From the IMG/VR virus record IMGVR_UViG_3300021378_000004: DNA of 64,000 nucleotides. One strand, given 5' to 3'. This DNA is from a virus. The position numbers and the translations under genes are program-made. Within the stretch, counting starts at the first letter, position 1; every line of letters begins with the position of its first letter. The notes beneath the pieces are model-generated. The model was given only the letters and a program-made list of their open reading frames with translations. It ran no database searches and was not told the DNA's origin. Positions 39,387 to 50,351 of this stretch are shown here, piece after piece.

Positions 39387-40349
39387 ATGTCAATTGATTA
39401 TAAAAGTAAAAGAAGATTTAAATCTTTTCAAAATAGAAAAGTAAGAGAAGCGCTACCTGAGTTTTATACTTCTGAATTTCCGACTTTAGTTACATTTCTA
39501 GAAAAATATTACAATTTTATAGATTCTGCTGATGGGACGCATGCCTTTGGAAGCAACGCCCAGCAGTTTTTTGCTAAAAAAGATATAAAAGAAATGCCAG
39601 CAAACTTACTTAATAATTTAGTTAGTGAGTTAGGTGGCGGTTTAAAAACAGGAGAAAATTTTACTGATACACGTTATGCTTTAACTAGACTAGCCGATCT
39701 TGCAAAACTAAAAGGCAGCAGATTCTCATTAGAAGAATTTTTTAGATTATTCTTTCAGCAAAAAGCTGAAGTTGAATATGGTAAAGAATCTATGTTTCTT
39801 ATTGGAGATTCAGCAAGTCAAATTGGAGTTGATTCAATAAAATTTATACAAAATAATGAACTCTTTCAAACTTTTGGGCTATTAATAAAATCAGAAATAT
39901 CTGTAGATACATGGAGTGAGCTTTATAAAAAGTTTGTTCATCCATCTGGTTTCTTTTTTGCAGGACAAGTTGTTTCTGATACTGAAGCTATAACTTCTCC
40001 AATTGGAGAAATATCAATACCAGATTCTGCAGCTGATCCTGTAATAATATCAGAAGCAATATTATCTGCAACGTTACCGTTTGTGCAATCAACTGTATTA
40101 ATTGATTCAGGTGGAGGTACAGTGAGATCTAATCTAAACGAGGTTGTGAGTGATTATCAAGACTTTACTTTAGCGCAATTAGATACAACTTATCATTCAG
40201 TCAAACAAGTTATAACACCTAATTCATTTACTTTTGATGACAGCAGTATTAGAGATAGCGATGAAAATGCAACTCCAGACTTCTCAATGACATTAGAAAC
40301 TATGGATAATCAAATATTTACAAGGCGTGTAACTGACTCGTCTTTCTAG
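39387..40349 (+). CDS. 7: baseplate wedge gp7-like (short)
   Basis: FLEKYY, KGS..S...FFR, FVHPSGF. Confidence 0.7.
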   Translation: MSIDYKSKRRFKSFQNRKVREALPEFYTSEFPTLVTFLEKYYNFIDSADGTHAFGSNAQQFFAKKDIKEMPANLLNNLVSELGGGLKTGENFTDTRYALTRLADLAKLKGSRFSLEEFFRLFFQQKAEVEYGKESMFLIGDSASQIGVDSIKFIQNNELFQTFGLLIKSEISVDTWSELYKKFVHPSGFFFAGQVVSDTEAITSPIGEISIPDSAADPVIISEAILSATLPFVQSTVLIDSGGGTVRSNLNEVVSDYQDFTLAQLDTTYHSVKQVITPNSFTFDDSSIRDSDENATPDFSMTLETMDNQIFTRRVTDSSF

Positions 40350-40357
40350 TATAAATA
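40350..40357 (+). promoter_or_regulatory. late promoter TATAAATA
   Basis: Exact consensus. Confidence 0.75.
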
Positions 40358-40378
40358 ACACTATAAGTAGGATAGCAA

Positions 40379-41320
40379 ATGACAAGACAAAATATAAACA
40401 TAGGTTCTTCAGCTAACGATGGAACAGGCGACACTTTACGTTCTGCAGGAACTAAGATAAATGCTAATTTTCAAGAAATTTATACACAACTTGGAGGAAA
40501 TAGCTCTACGCTTAGTGAATTAGTTAAATTAAAAGATTCAGCTACTATTGGTACTATACAATTTGAAGGAACAAGCGCAGACTCTCATGAAACAAAATTG
40601 ATTGCAACTAATCCTACTGCAGATAGAACAATTTCTTTGCCAAATGCAACTGGTACAATTATTTTACAAAATACTACAGACACTTTAACAAATAAAACTT
40701 TAACCACACCAACAATAGCATCTATAATAAATGGCGGTACAGTTACAATCCCTTCTGGTGCAGATACTTTAGTTGCTAGAACTTCAACAGACACTTTAAC
40801 AAATAAAACTTTAACCACACCAACTATAAATTCACCTATAATTGGCACTGCAATAAATGATGCAAATGGAAACGAAATTATAAAAATAACTGCAAACTCA
40901 AATGCTGTAAATGAGATAACAATTGCAAATGGTGCATCAATAACAGGTCCTACAATATCAGCAACAGGCAATGGAACAAATTTAAATTTACGTCTTGCAT
41001 CAAAGGGAACTGGATCTGTTAGTTTATCAAAAGCTTCTTTTACATCAGCTACAATTACAGCAAATGGTGCAGCAAATAGTGGTGTAACATACATAATAGG
41101 AAATAAAGGTTCAGCTCTTGCTGTAAGTTTAGCGGATGGAACCACTGTTGGAGAATATAAAATATTTACAAATAAAGGAGCAGGTGTAATGACTGTAACT
41201 CCTTCAAATTTTTCACAAGGAACAACGTTTGCACTTGCACAAAATGATGGATGTACTTGTATATGGGACGGGTCAAACTGGTTTCTTATAGGTAATCAAG
41301 GCGAAGTGACAGTAGCATAA
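40379..41320 (+). CDS. gp9/gp10-like baseplate-fiber connector
   Basis: INIG..ANDGTGDTLR...KIN.NF; TDTLTNKTL repeats. Confidence 0.75.
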   Translation: MTRQNINIGSSANDGTGDTLRSAGTKINANFQEIYTQLGGNSSTLSELVKLKDSATIGTIQFEGTSADSHETKLIATNPTADRTISLPNATGTIILQNTTDTLTNKTLTTPTIASIINGGTVTIPSGADTLVARTSTDTLTNKTLTTPTINSPIIGTAINDANGNEIIKITANSNAVNEITIANGASITGPTISATGNGTNLNLRLASKGTGSVSLSKASFTSATITANGAANSGVTYIIGNKGSALAVSLADGTTVGEYKIFTNKGAGVMTVTPSNFSQGTTFALAQNDGCTCIWDGSNWFLIGNQGEVTVA

Positions 41321-41331
41321 AGGAATAAGAT

Positions 41332-42726
41332 ATGGCAGCGATAATTACAGACTCTTTTAAGAAACAAATAGTTCAAACCGTATTTGATGAAGTTTCTTTT
41401 CCAGATTCAGCATCAACACATAGGTATTATATAGGAATAGGTAGATCCGAGCAATGGGATGATAGCGAAAACGTTCCTACAGTTACAGACGCTCCTAGAA
41501 CTATAAGAAATTTAAGAGCTGGATTACAATCAATAAAATCTGCAAGTGATGTAACTTTTACTATACCAAGATATAACTGGTCTTCTGGCGCAATATATTC
41601 AGCATATGATGATAATTTAGCATCTATTCCATTAACAAATAGCTATTACGTTCTTACTGAAGATAACCAAGTATATGTGTGTTTACAGCAAGGAAAATCA
41701 TCAACTGGTGTATCAACTACTTCCACAGTTAAGCCAACAGGAACATCTATAAAAGCTTTTAAAACTGCAGATGGTTATGTTTGGAAGTTTTTATATACAT
41801 TAAGTGCGTCAAGAGCAAATAAATTTCTCTCAGCAAATTTTGTGCCAGTTGAAAAAATATTAGATTCAGCTACACTAGGAAGACCTCATACAGTTTTAGA
41901 AAATCAACAACTTTTAATACAAAATGCAGGTGTTCCTGGCCAAATTATTGGTATTAATGTGACAAACGGCGGATCAGGATATACTGGTGCACCTATTGTA
42001 AGTATACATGGCGATGGTGTTAGAGCATCAGCAACTGCAATAGTATCAGGTGGAGCAGTTACAAAGATAGAATTAGATTCAAGTGCTGATAGCGGCCTTA
42101 CAATGGGTCAAGGATATAACTTTGCTAGTGTTACAATAGCAGCTCCTAGTGGATCTGGAATTATTGCTACAGCACGCGCAATATTAGGACCAGATAGTGG
42201 AATGGGCAATGATCCAAGAGATGAATTGAAATCAACATCATTAATGTTTAATACAAAACCAAATGGAATTGAGGATAGCAATTTTATAGTAGGTCAAAAT
42301 TTTAGACAAGTTGCTTTAATAAGAGATCCTAAAAAACCTACTACAGACTCTGATTTTTCTAATTCAAGTGGTAAAGTTTTAAGATTTTTAAAATTGCAAG
42401 CTACAGCAAATACTGGCTTTTTAAATGCAACAATAACAGGTGGAACCTCTGGAGCTAAAGCTTTAGTTGATGAAGTTGCTGGTGATAAATTATATTTTCA
42501 TCAAACAGAAGATACTGGATTTTTAGATTTTCAAGAAGAAGAAGGTATTGCTGGTGGTGGTCAAACTGGCACACTTATTGCAGAAGGAACTGACGCAGAC
42601 TCTGATGCATTTACACGAGACGACGTTAACAAGCTTTCCGGAAAAGTACTATATATAGAAAATAGAGCACCAGTAACTCGATCAGCTAATCAAACAGAAG
42701 ATATAAAAGTTGTGATAACACTTTAA
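41332..42726 (+). CDS. 8: baseplate wedge gp8
   Basis: PRYNWSSG, VYVCL, DGYVWKFLY, FRQVALI.DP, SG.VLYIENR. Confidence 0.88.
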   Translation: MAAIITDSFKKQIVQTVFDEVSFPDSASTHRYYIGIGRSEQWDDSENVPTVTDAPRTIRNLRAGLQSIKSASDVTFTIPRYNWSSGAIYSAYDDNLASIPLTNSYYVLTEDNQVYVCLQQGKSSTGVSTTSTVKPTGTSIKAFKTADGYVWKFLYTLSASRANKFLSANFVPVEKILDSATLGRPHTVLENQQLLIQNAGVPGQIIGINVTNGGSGYTGAPIVSIHGDGVRASATAIVSGGAVTKIELDSSADSGLTMGQGYNFASVTIAAPSGSGIIATARAILGPDSGMGNDPRDELKSTSLMFNTKPNGIEDSNFIVGQNFRQVALIRDPKKPTTDSDFSNSSGKVLRFLKLQATANTGFLNATITGGTSGAKALVDEVAGDKLYFHQTEDTGFLDFQEEEGIAGGGQTGTLIAEGTDADSDAFTRDDVNKLSGKVLYIENRAPVTRSANQTEDIKVVITL

Positions 42727-42737
42727 GGATATAAAAT

Positions 42738-45700
42738 ATGGCTACTACACTTACAAATTCAGTCTTTAATACAACTTATAAAGATGATTTTGCTGACAGC
42801 GCAGGATTTCATAAGATACTATTTAATTCAGGTAAGGCATTGCAGGCTCGTGAGTTAACTCAGCTTCAAACAATTTTACAAAATCAAATACAAAAATTTG
42901 GAAATAATGTATTTAAAGAAGGCGCTGTTGTTAAGCCCGGTGGCGCTAATTTAAATTCGCAATACGAATTTATAAAATTAAATACAACTATTAATACTCT
43001 TCCTGCTAATACTTCTACTATAACAACACCAGCAAGTAGTGCAAATATTTTTACAGGTGATACATCTAGTATTCAAGTTAAAGTCTTACAAGTAGTTACT
43101 GCTGCTGGTTCCGATCCCGATACTTTATATATTCAATATATGAATACGTCATCTGCTTCTTCAGGCGCAAATACACCTAGATTAACACCAGGCGAAAATA
43201 TAACTAATGGAACTGTAACGTTAACAGTTCAAACTACAAATACTTTGGATAATCCAGCAGTTGGTGTTGGTATACTTGCAACTTTATTATCTGGAATATA
43301 CTATGCAAGAGGACACTTTGTTTTTACTGAAGATCAATCAAAAATTATTTCAAAGTATAGTGATGTTAAAACAACAAATATAGGATTTAAAGCAATAGAG
43401 GATATTGTTTCTTCTATAGATGATGAAAGCTTATTTGATAATCAAGGTGCAGCTCCTAACTTAGCAGCTTCAGGCGCGGATAGATATAGAATTAAATTAA
43501 CAGTAGTTGAAGAAAGCGATGTTGATTCCGACGAAAATTTTATTCACGTAGCTACTGTAAAACAAGGTGCCATTTTCAACGCAGTAGATACAAATAACTC
43601 ATATAATATACCTAATGAAGTTATGGCAAAAAGAATTTTCGAAAATTCTGGTGATTATATTGTAAAACCGTATACTGTAGACTTTTCTTTAGATTCAGTG
43701 TCTACTCATCTAACATTAAATGTAAGTTCCGGCACAGCTGTTGTTGATGGGTTTAGAGCTCATAGAAGTTTTCCTACAACAATAAGAATTCAAAAACCAA
43801 CAGAAACAATAAGTTTAAATAACGATGTAATTGGTATCAACTACGGAAATTCTGTAATTGTAGATCCCAATACTGATTCTGCAACACGCGGTTTACCAAA
43901 CATAAATGTTTTTGAAAAGCTTACTTTAAAAGATAATTTAGACTTCACTGGTAATGACTTAGGGACTGTAAGAGTAAAAGCTATTAATGAAGATGGCTCA
44001 AATTTTAGATATCATTTATTTGATTTACAATTAAATTCTGGTTCTGCTTTTCGAAATGTTAAAAGTATTGGAACGAGTACTTCAAGCTATTTCAGACCTA
44101 CTTTAGAAAGCACAAAAGCTGTTTTAAAAGATGCGCAAAATAATACTTCTTTATTTAAACTAACGAGATTTAGACCTAAAGCATTAACAGATATTTCATT
44201 TGCAGCACAAAGAAGATTTACAGTAACTTCAAATGGTGCAGGTGAAGCTACAATAAGTGTTACAGCAGATGGTGAAACGTTTACAAATACAGACGATTGG
44301 GTAGTGGCTAAACAAGATAGTGATATATTCATTGGTGCTACAGCAAGCGGTGCTGGATCTACAGCTTCAACAATAACTGGCTTACCTGTTAGCAGCAGTT
44401 TAGAAATATTAGCTTATGTAAATAAAAGTCAAGCTTCTACAAAACAAAAAACATTAAATAATAAATCAATTACTATTAGTGTTGATAGTGACGGAAACGG
44501 CCTTAGAGTTATACCTCTTGCAACTGCTGATATTTTTGAAATAGATGAAGTGTTAAAAGAAAATGATAGTAGTGTTAGTTACGCTGATAGATTTGTTCTT
44601 GATAATGGCCAACGCGATAATTTCTATGGCCTTGGACGACTAATACTTAGAGGTGGACAATCTGCTCCAACAACAAATGTACATGTTAAATTTAAACATT
44701 TTACACATCAACCAGACGGCGATTTTTTTGCAGTAAACTCATACGCTGGTCAAGTAGATTATAATAGAATACCGAAATACAGATTTAGTAATGGTAAAGT
44801 CATAAATTTAAGAGACTACGCTGATTTTAGGCCAGTTATGGATTCTGGAGGAGAGTTTGTAGGAACTGCTGCTAGAGTAATTGAACAACCTCAAAATGGA
44901 ACTTTAGTTACTGCCGATGCAGAATATTATTTAAATAGAGCATCTAAATTAGTAGTTGATAGAGAAGGCGTTATTAGACTTATAAATGGAATACCGTCGT
45001 TTAATCCAGCCATACCAGAAAAACCAGATCAAACATTAGCGCTATATGATCTCATATTGCGTGGTAATACTGACGATGATTCTGATGTTACAGTAACAAA
45101 GATAGAGCATAAAAGATTTACTATGAAAGATATTGCTCAGCTTGAAAAAAGATTAGCAAATCTTGAAGAAGTTACTTCATTAAGTTTACTTGAAGTTGAT
45201 ACAAAGCATTTACAAGTTTTAGATTCTGCAGGTAATAATAGAACGAAGTCAGGATTTATAGTTGATAATTTTGCTGATCATTCTAAATCACATACGCTAG
45301 GCGGATACAGAGCAGCAATAGATCCTTTACAGCAAGAGCTTAGACCAAGTTTTAAAGAAGATAACATAAGACTTATATATGATTCAGCTTCATCTACAAA
45401 TACAATAAAAAAAGGTGATAACGTTTATATAGCTTACGACGAAACACCATATATCAATCAAAATTTTGCTAGTAAGGCTATTAAACTTAATCCATTTGCT
45501 GTAATAATATACGATGGCACAACTACTTTATCACCGTCATCAGATGAATGGAGAGATGTTGATAGAAGACAAGATAAAATAATACAAGGCGGCACAAGAT
45601 TATCAACTGTGAATGCTTATAATTGGAATAATTGGTCTTGGAGTTGGGGTGGAGTTTCTCTTGAAAATTTACAAGTAGGTTTTTCTACAAATGTTCAATC

Positions 45701-46460
45701 TGGCGTTGTAAATAGAATTGTTAGTGAAGAAACTGTTTTAGATTTAGTTGAAGATAGAGTTTTACAAACTGCATTTTTACCATTTATGAGAGCTAGAAAA
45801 GTTTTCTTTAAAGTTCAAGGATTAAGACCAAATACTCGAGTATTTCCTTTTTTAGATGGAAACAATATATCAGATTTTACAAGATCTGAAACATTTCAAT
45901 TCTATTCTGATACTAATATTGATTTCGGAAACACACTTAAAAACACAACTGCTCATCCAGATGGTTCAAGCAATTTGATCACTGATGCTAACGGCGATGT
46001 ATCAGGATCATTTATAGTTCCTAACAATGATACTTTAAAAATAAGAGTCGGTACTAAAGAATTTAAGATAATGGATATTAGTGCTGATAACGAAAAAAAT
46101 GCAGGTTGTATTGCAAAAGCGCCGTATTCAGCTGCAGGACTTTTAGACACAAAAGAAGCAACTTATTCTAGCACTAGACAATTAAATGTAACAAGTGTAA
46201 ACGTTCGAACTGCTTCAGTTTATCAAGGAGATGACGGCGGCGGTGGTGGCCCAACTCACGGCAGTGGAACAAAAGGCTCTTGGACAACTGGCCCAGAAGC
46301 ATTTGGAATTAGTCATAATCAGCAAGGTTATTCTTTCTCTGATGACGCTCAAGCAACTGACACTGGGTATGGAGCAGGTGATGATCCTACTGGTAATTCA
46401 GATGGTGGAAGTGACAATAGCGGAGGTGGAAATGCTAGTGATATGGGCGATGCAACATAA
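42738..46460 (+). CDS. DUF4815/VrlC-like large virion protein, N-terminal part
   Basis: Y.DDF, LQARELTQLQ, GADR, RFTMKDI..LEKR, KSGFIVDNF. Confidence 0.8.
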   Translation: MATTLTNSVFNTTYKDDFADSAGFHKILFNSGKALQARELTQLQTILQNQIQKFGNNVFKEGAVVKPGGANLNSQYEFIKLNTTINTLPANTSTITTPASSANIFTGDTSSIQVKVLQVVTAAGSDPDTLYIQYMNTSSASSGANTPRLTPGENITNGTVTLTVQTTNTLDNPAVGVGILATLLSGIYYARGHFVFTEDQSKIISKYSDVKTTNIGFKAIEDIVSSIDDESLFDNQGAAPNLAASGADRYRIKLTVVEESDVDSDENFIHVATVKQGAIFNAVDTNNSYNIPNEVMAKRIFENSGDYIVKPYTVDFSLDSVSTHLTLNVSSGTAVVDGFRAHRSFPTTIRIQKPTETISLNNDVIGINYGNSVIVDPNTDSATRGLPNINVFEKLTLKDNLDFTGNDLGTVRVKAINEDGSNFRYHLFDLQLNSGSAFRNVKSIGTSTSSYFRPTLESTKAVLKDAQNNTSLFKLTRFRPKALTDISFAAQRRFTVTSNGAGEATISVTADGETFTNTDDWVVAKQDSDIFIGATASGAGSTASTITGLPVSSSLEILAYVNKSQASTKQKTLNNKSITISVDSDGNGLRVIPLATADIFEIDEVLKENDSSVSYADRFVLDNGQRDNFYGLGRLILRGGQSAPTTNVHVKFKHFTHQPDGDFFAVNSYAGQVDYNRIPKYRFSNGKVINLRDYADFRPVMDSGGEFVGTAARVIEQPQNGTLVTADAEYYLNRASKLVVDREGVIRLINGIPSFNPAIPEKPDQTLALYDLILRGNTDDDSDVTVTKIEHKRFTMKDIAQLEKRLANLEEVTSLSLLEVDTKHLQVLDSAGNNRTKSGFIVDNFADHSKSHTLGGYRAAIDPLQQELRPSFKEDNIRLIYDSASSTNTIKKGDNVYIAYDETPYINQNFASKAIKLNPFAVIIYDGTTTLSPSSDEWRDVDRRQDKIIQGGTRLSTVNAYNWNNWSWSWGGVSLENLQVGFSTNVQSGVVNRIVSEETVLDLVEDRVLQTAFLPFMRARKVFFKVQGLRPNTRVFPFLDGNNISDFTRSETFQFYSDTNIDFGNTLKNTTAHPDGSSNLITDANGDVSGSFIVPNNDTLKIRVGTKEFKIMDISADNEKNAGCIAKAPYSAAGLLDTKEATYSSTRQLNVTSVNVRTASVYQGDDGGGGGPTHGSGTKGSWTTGPEAFGISHNQQGYSFSDDAQATDTGYGAGDDPTGNSDGGSDNSGGGNASDMGDAT

Positions 46461-46478
46461 AATTTTAGGAGATATAAT

Positions 46479-48059
46479 ATGGCAGTAACTTCACTAGGTT
46501 ACAAAGCAAATAAACAACCAATAGCTCAATCGTTCTATATTGATGCGCCTAATGGAATATATTGTACAAAGGTTGATTTGTTTTTTAGTGCAAAAGATAG
46601 CACTTTACCAGTTCAATTACACTTAAGGCCAATGGTTCAAGGTTTTCCATCAGCAAGTGAAATAATTCCAGGATCACAAGTGACATTAGCTAGTTCTAGT
46701 ATAAACGTTGATACAGTCGGGCCAGACTTAAATGCAACTTCATTTGCATTTGATGAACCTATTTTTTTAAAAGGTAAAGAAGATTATGCTCTTGTAGTAA
46801 CAGCAGATTCAAAAGATTATGAAATATACATAGCTGAGATTAATGAATTTACTTTTGGTTCTACTGAAAGAAGAGTTAATAAAAATCCAATTACTGGAAG
46901 TTTGTTTTATTCTCAAAACTCTGCTACTTTTACGCCTTCTCAAAATCAAGACTTAGCTTTTGTTTTACATCAAGCAAAATTTAAGCATACTACTGCAAAT
47001 GTTATTTTACACAACGCTTCTGTTTCAAAAAGAAAGTTAAACAACAATGCTTTAAAAACAACTTCAGGAAGTCAAACTGTAACAGTTAATCATTTAAATC
47101 ATGGTTTAGAAGTTGGTAATAAGGTTACTATATCTGGTGCTACCGCTGGTGGTGGAATGTTAGCTTCATCAATAAATGGAGCTAGAACAGTGGTTGCAAA
47201 GGATTTTACTGGATATACTTTTAATGCAGATTCTGCAGCTGATTCTGATGCTATAGCTGGAGGCGCAAATATACTAGCAGATAGAAACATACCATATAGT
47301 TTAATATATCCAAACATACAACTGCTAAAACCTAAAGATACGTTTATTGATGCTGGAATGAAAGCCGTGACTGGGAAGTCATTTGCAGGTGATGAACCAG
47401 CATTTCAAAAAGCTTCTACCTTTGAAGGAATTCAAATAAATCAAAACAATGCTGCTTCTAAAGTTTATTTAATTGCTCACGATTCTGCTGAAATTGCAGA
47501 ACTAGAAGCTGGGGAAAAATCACTTGACGTTCAACTAAATCTTAGTACTAATGATTCCAACGTTTCTCCTATGTTAGACTTACAAAGAACATCGATGTCG
47601 TTATTTAGCACGCTTATTGATAGGCAATACGATTCATCAGTAACATCACCTGGAGAATTCAATGCTCCACTTAATTTTGTTAATGAAACTTCACCTACTA
47701 CAGGAAGTTCAGCGGCAAGGCACATTACTAAAGTTTATTCTTTGCAAACTGACGCAGTAGGTCTTAAAGTATTAATTGATGCCAACGTTCCAGATGCAGC
47801 AGACTTTCAGTTGTATTTTAGAACTGCGTCAGCTGACGAAAATATTTTTACTAAAAATTACACGCTACAGACTTCTGATAATATTTTACCAAAAGATAAT
47901 AATCCTAATGTATTTAGAGGATACGAATTTTTAATTGGTGGTCAAGGCGGATCAATGGTTGCTTTTACAAAGCTTCAATTAAAAATAGTAATGAGAAGTA
48001 CAAATCAGGCTATAGTTCCTAGATTTAGAGCGCTTAGAATAATAGCATTGAGTGTATAA
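46479..48059 (+). CDS. DUF4815/VrlC-like virion protein, C-terminal part
   Basis: PIAQSF, T.VDLFF, GSLF.SQN, VSP.LD. Confidence 0.75.
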   Translation: MAVTSLGYKANKQPIAQSFYIDAPNGIYCTKVDLFFSAKDSTLPVQLHLRPMVQGFPSASEIIPGSQVTLASSSINVDTVGPDLNATSFAFDEPIFLKGKEDYALVVTADSKDYEIYIAEINEFTFGSTERRVNKNPITGSLFYSQNSATFTPSQNQDLAFVLHQAKFKHTTANVILHNASVSKRKLNNNALKTTSGSQTVTVNHLNHGLEVGNKVTISGATAGGGMLASSINGARTVVAKDFTGYTFNADSAADSDAIAGGANILADRNIPYSLIYPNIQLLKPKDTFIDAGMKAVTGKSFAGDEPAFQKASTFEGIQINQNNAASKVYLIAHDSAEIAELEAGEKSLDVQLNLSTNDSNVSPMLDLQRTSMSLFSTLIDRQYDSSVTSPGEFNAPLNFVNETSPTTGSSAARHITKVYSLQTDAVGLKVLIDANVPDAADFQLYFRTASADENIFTKNYTLQTSDNILPKDNNPNVFRGYEFLIGGQGGSMVAFTKLQLKIVMRSTNQAIVPRFRALRIIALSV

Positions 48060-48268
48060 TGGCTTTACTTAAGGTTGAAGGCCATACTGATTATTTAAAA
48101 GACACAAATACTGGTGTAGTACATAATAATAACACTAGTGAAATTGAAGCAGCTCGTATGAGAAAAACTCAAAAAAAGCAACAGCAAGAGGATATAAATA
48201 ACCTTAAGAACGAAGTTAATGATATAAAAAAAATGTTAACACAAATTGTAGAGAAATTAAATGGCTAA
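48059..48268 (+). CDS. small coiled-coil protein
   Basis: KVEGH...KD..TG; typical neighbour of DUF4815 genes. Confidence 0.7.
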   Translation: MALLKVEGHTDYLKDTNTGVVHNNNTSEIEAARMRKTQKKQQQEDINNLKNEVNDIKKMLTQIVEKLNG

Positions 48269-48887
48269 AACTATAATAAACTTATCTGATCCAGTATCAA
48301 CATTAGTTTCTAAAACTAATATAATATCAAGCCACTTAGGTGATATAACTCAATTACAAGTACCGGCAAACGCGGATTCTGATATAGTACAAGCAATAAA
48401 TCACGTTTTTGCAAATAGCACTGATTCTGGTGTCATCACTGGACTTGTTGATTCTGCTTACATACAAGCAAGACAAAGTCCTGCAACTTCGCGTGATACT
48501 GTATTGCCGTTTTTTATAAAAGATAGTGCAAATGGTATAGGTCTTGATTCTTCGGAAGGAAGATTCTTTATTCCTAGTAACACTGTTAGTACATCAATGA
48601 TTGAATCTACTGCAATTACAACAGCAAAAATTGCTGGTGACGCTGTTGATGGAACAAAAATTGCCGATGACACTATCAATTCTGAACATTATGTTGATGG
48701 TTCAATTGATACTCAACATATTGGTGACTTACAAGTAACAACTGCAAAAATTGCAGATGATAACATAACTGAAGATAAAATGGCTAATGATGCTGTAGGA
48801 TCCGCTGAATTAAAATCATTATCCACGTTGTTAATTAAAGATGTTAATGGAACTACGTTGAAAACTATTCACGGCGCTGGAGCTTAA
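48261..48887 (+). CDS. short fiber-like virion protein
   Basis: ITTAKIA.DAV repeats. Confidence 0.65.
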   Translation: MAKTIINLSDPVSTLVSKTNIISSHLGDITQLQVPANADSDIVQAINHVFANSTDSGVITGLVDSAYIQARQSPATSRDTVLPFFIKDSANGIGLDSSEGRFFIPSNTVSTSMIESTAITTAKIAGDAVDGTKIADDTINSEHYVDGSIDTQHIGDLQVTTAKIADDNITEDKMANDAVGSAELKSLSTLLIKDVNGTTLKTIHGAGA

Positions 48888-48890
48888 ATT

Positions 48891-49910
48891 ATGGTGGATA
48901 TAGTTCTTAAACAAACATCTTCAGGCGGTGTTATTCAGGAGATGGACTCTTCTGATAAAGACTATATTGAGCATACAATTCTTACAGATTTTTATAGCTC
49001 TGATACTGGTGTAGGCACAATAAGTGTAAATCCAACAGATACTACTGGTTTAACTTTAATTGGTTCATTTGTTGATACAAAACGCCCAGCTGCAGTAGGT
49101 GCTCATCCTGTTGGAACAAATGTGACAACCGTAACTACTTATAATTTTTATCAAGATCTAGGAACAGCAACTGAAAGCATAACAAATGCAACTAGGCCAG
49201 TTGCTCTTGACAGTTTAGCAGATATTCAACGAATGTCTGATTCAGAGACAAATGATGATTTTGTTTTTTCCACACAACAAAACTTAGTAGCTAGCGGAGT
49301 TGGTAGCTATAAGCTTCAGCCTTCAGCACCTACAGACGGAACATGGGTAGAAAAAGCAGCTATAGTAGATTCATTGCAAAGTACATCAAATACAATTAAA
49401 CTTTGGAGAAAATCTGCACCAGCAACTGCACCTACTGTTGTAAGACCTTTAAAATTTGTAGCTGGTTCTGGTTCATTAAGAGAATTAACAAATACTGAAA
49501 TTAATAAATTCACGCCAAGGCTAAGAAATAGAATAGTTGCAAACGGAATAGGGCAATATAGATTACAAACAGCAGCGCCTTCTGATGCCGGCACATGGAT
49601 TCAAGTAGGATCTGATATTATTGATACTAGACATCAAGTAAGCAATCAAAATTATACTGGATTTTTTACTAATACATTTTCAAATACATTTAGTAATACA
49701 TTTACTGGATATTATAGTGGAACCTATAACAGATATGCTTCGTTTAGTGGAGCTTTCCAAGGAAGTTTTTCCGGAAGTAGAGCAAAAAACTTTACTGGAT
49801 ATTTCACAGGCACTTTTACAGGCACTTTCACAGCCACTTTCACAGGATTAACAGTACAAAGTTCAACTGAAAACGTAACTACTAAAAAATTGTGGATAAG
49901 AGTAGCTTAA
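48891..49910 (+). CDS. virion protein with aromatic tetrapeptide-repeat C-terminus
   Basis: (F/Y)-(T/S)-(G/N)-x repeats. Confidence 0.65.
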   Translation: MVDIVLKQTSSGGVIQEMDSSDKDYIEHTILTDFYSSDTGVGTISVNPTDTTGLTLIGSFVDTKRPAAVGAHPVGTNVTTVTTYNFYQDLGTATESITNATRPVALDSLADIQRMSDSETNDDFVFSTQQNLVASGVGSYKLQPSAPTDGTWVEKAAIVDSLQSTSNTIKLWRKSAPATAPTVVRPLKFVAGSGSLRELTNTEINKFTPRLRNRIVANGIGQYRLQTAAPSDAGTWIQVGSDIIDTRHQVSNQNYTGFFTNTFSNTFSNTFTGYYSGTYNRYASFSGAFQGSFSGSRAKNFTGYFTGTFTGTFTATFTGLTVQSSTENVTTKKLWIRVA

Positions 49911-49931
49911 TTATTATTATTGGAGTTTATT

Positions 49932-50351
49932 ATGAAAAGAACTATCAAAAACCCTTATTGGGCAAATAACACAAAAAAACAAATTATATGCGAGTTTCAT
50001 TACGAAAATAGCGAAACTATAGAAACTGCTTCGATCACTAACACTGAAGAAGGAAATCCCGACTGGAAAGAAATATTTGAAACTTTCACTGTAGAAGAAA
50101 TAGATAATACTACTAAAACTTATCTGGCTGAACATATAAAAGAACGGGAAAAAAGAAGAGAGATTCATAAAGACGAGATAGAAAGAATGAAGAGCGATAC
50201 ATTATTTGATGCTAAGCTCGAAGCATTTGAAATAGAAATTATAAAAATTTCTAAGAATAGAGAATTTAAATCTCGTATAAGAAAAGCAAAAAGTATTATG
50301 GAAGTGACAGCATTAACTGCTGCACTAATTATGTTAGAAAATGAAAAATAA
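49932..50351 (+). CDS. hypothetical protein, possible fiber assembly chaperone
   Basis: NPYWAN..I.CEF start; follows the fiber genes. Confidence 0.55.
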   Translation: MKRTIKNPYWANNTKKQIICEFHYENSETIETASITNTEEGNPDWKEIFETFTVEEIDNTTKTYLAEHIKEREKRREIHKDEIERMKSDTLFDAKLEAFEIEIIKISKNREFKSRIRKAKSIMEVTALTAALIMLENEK

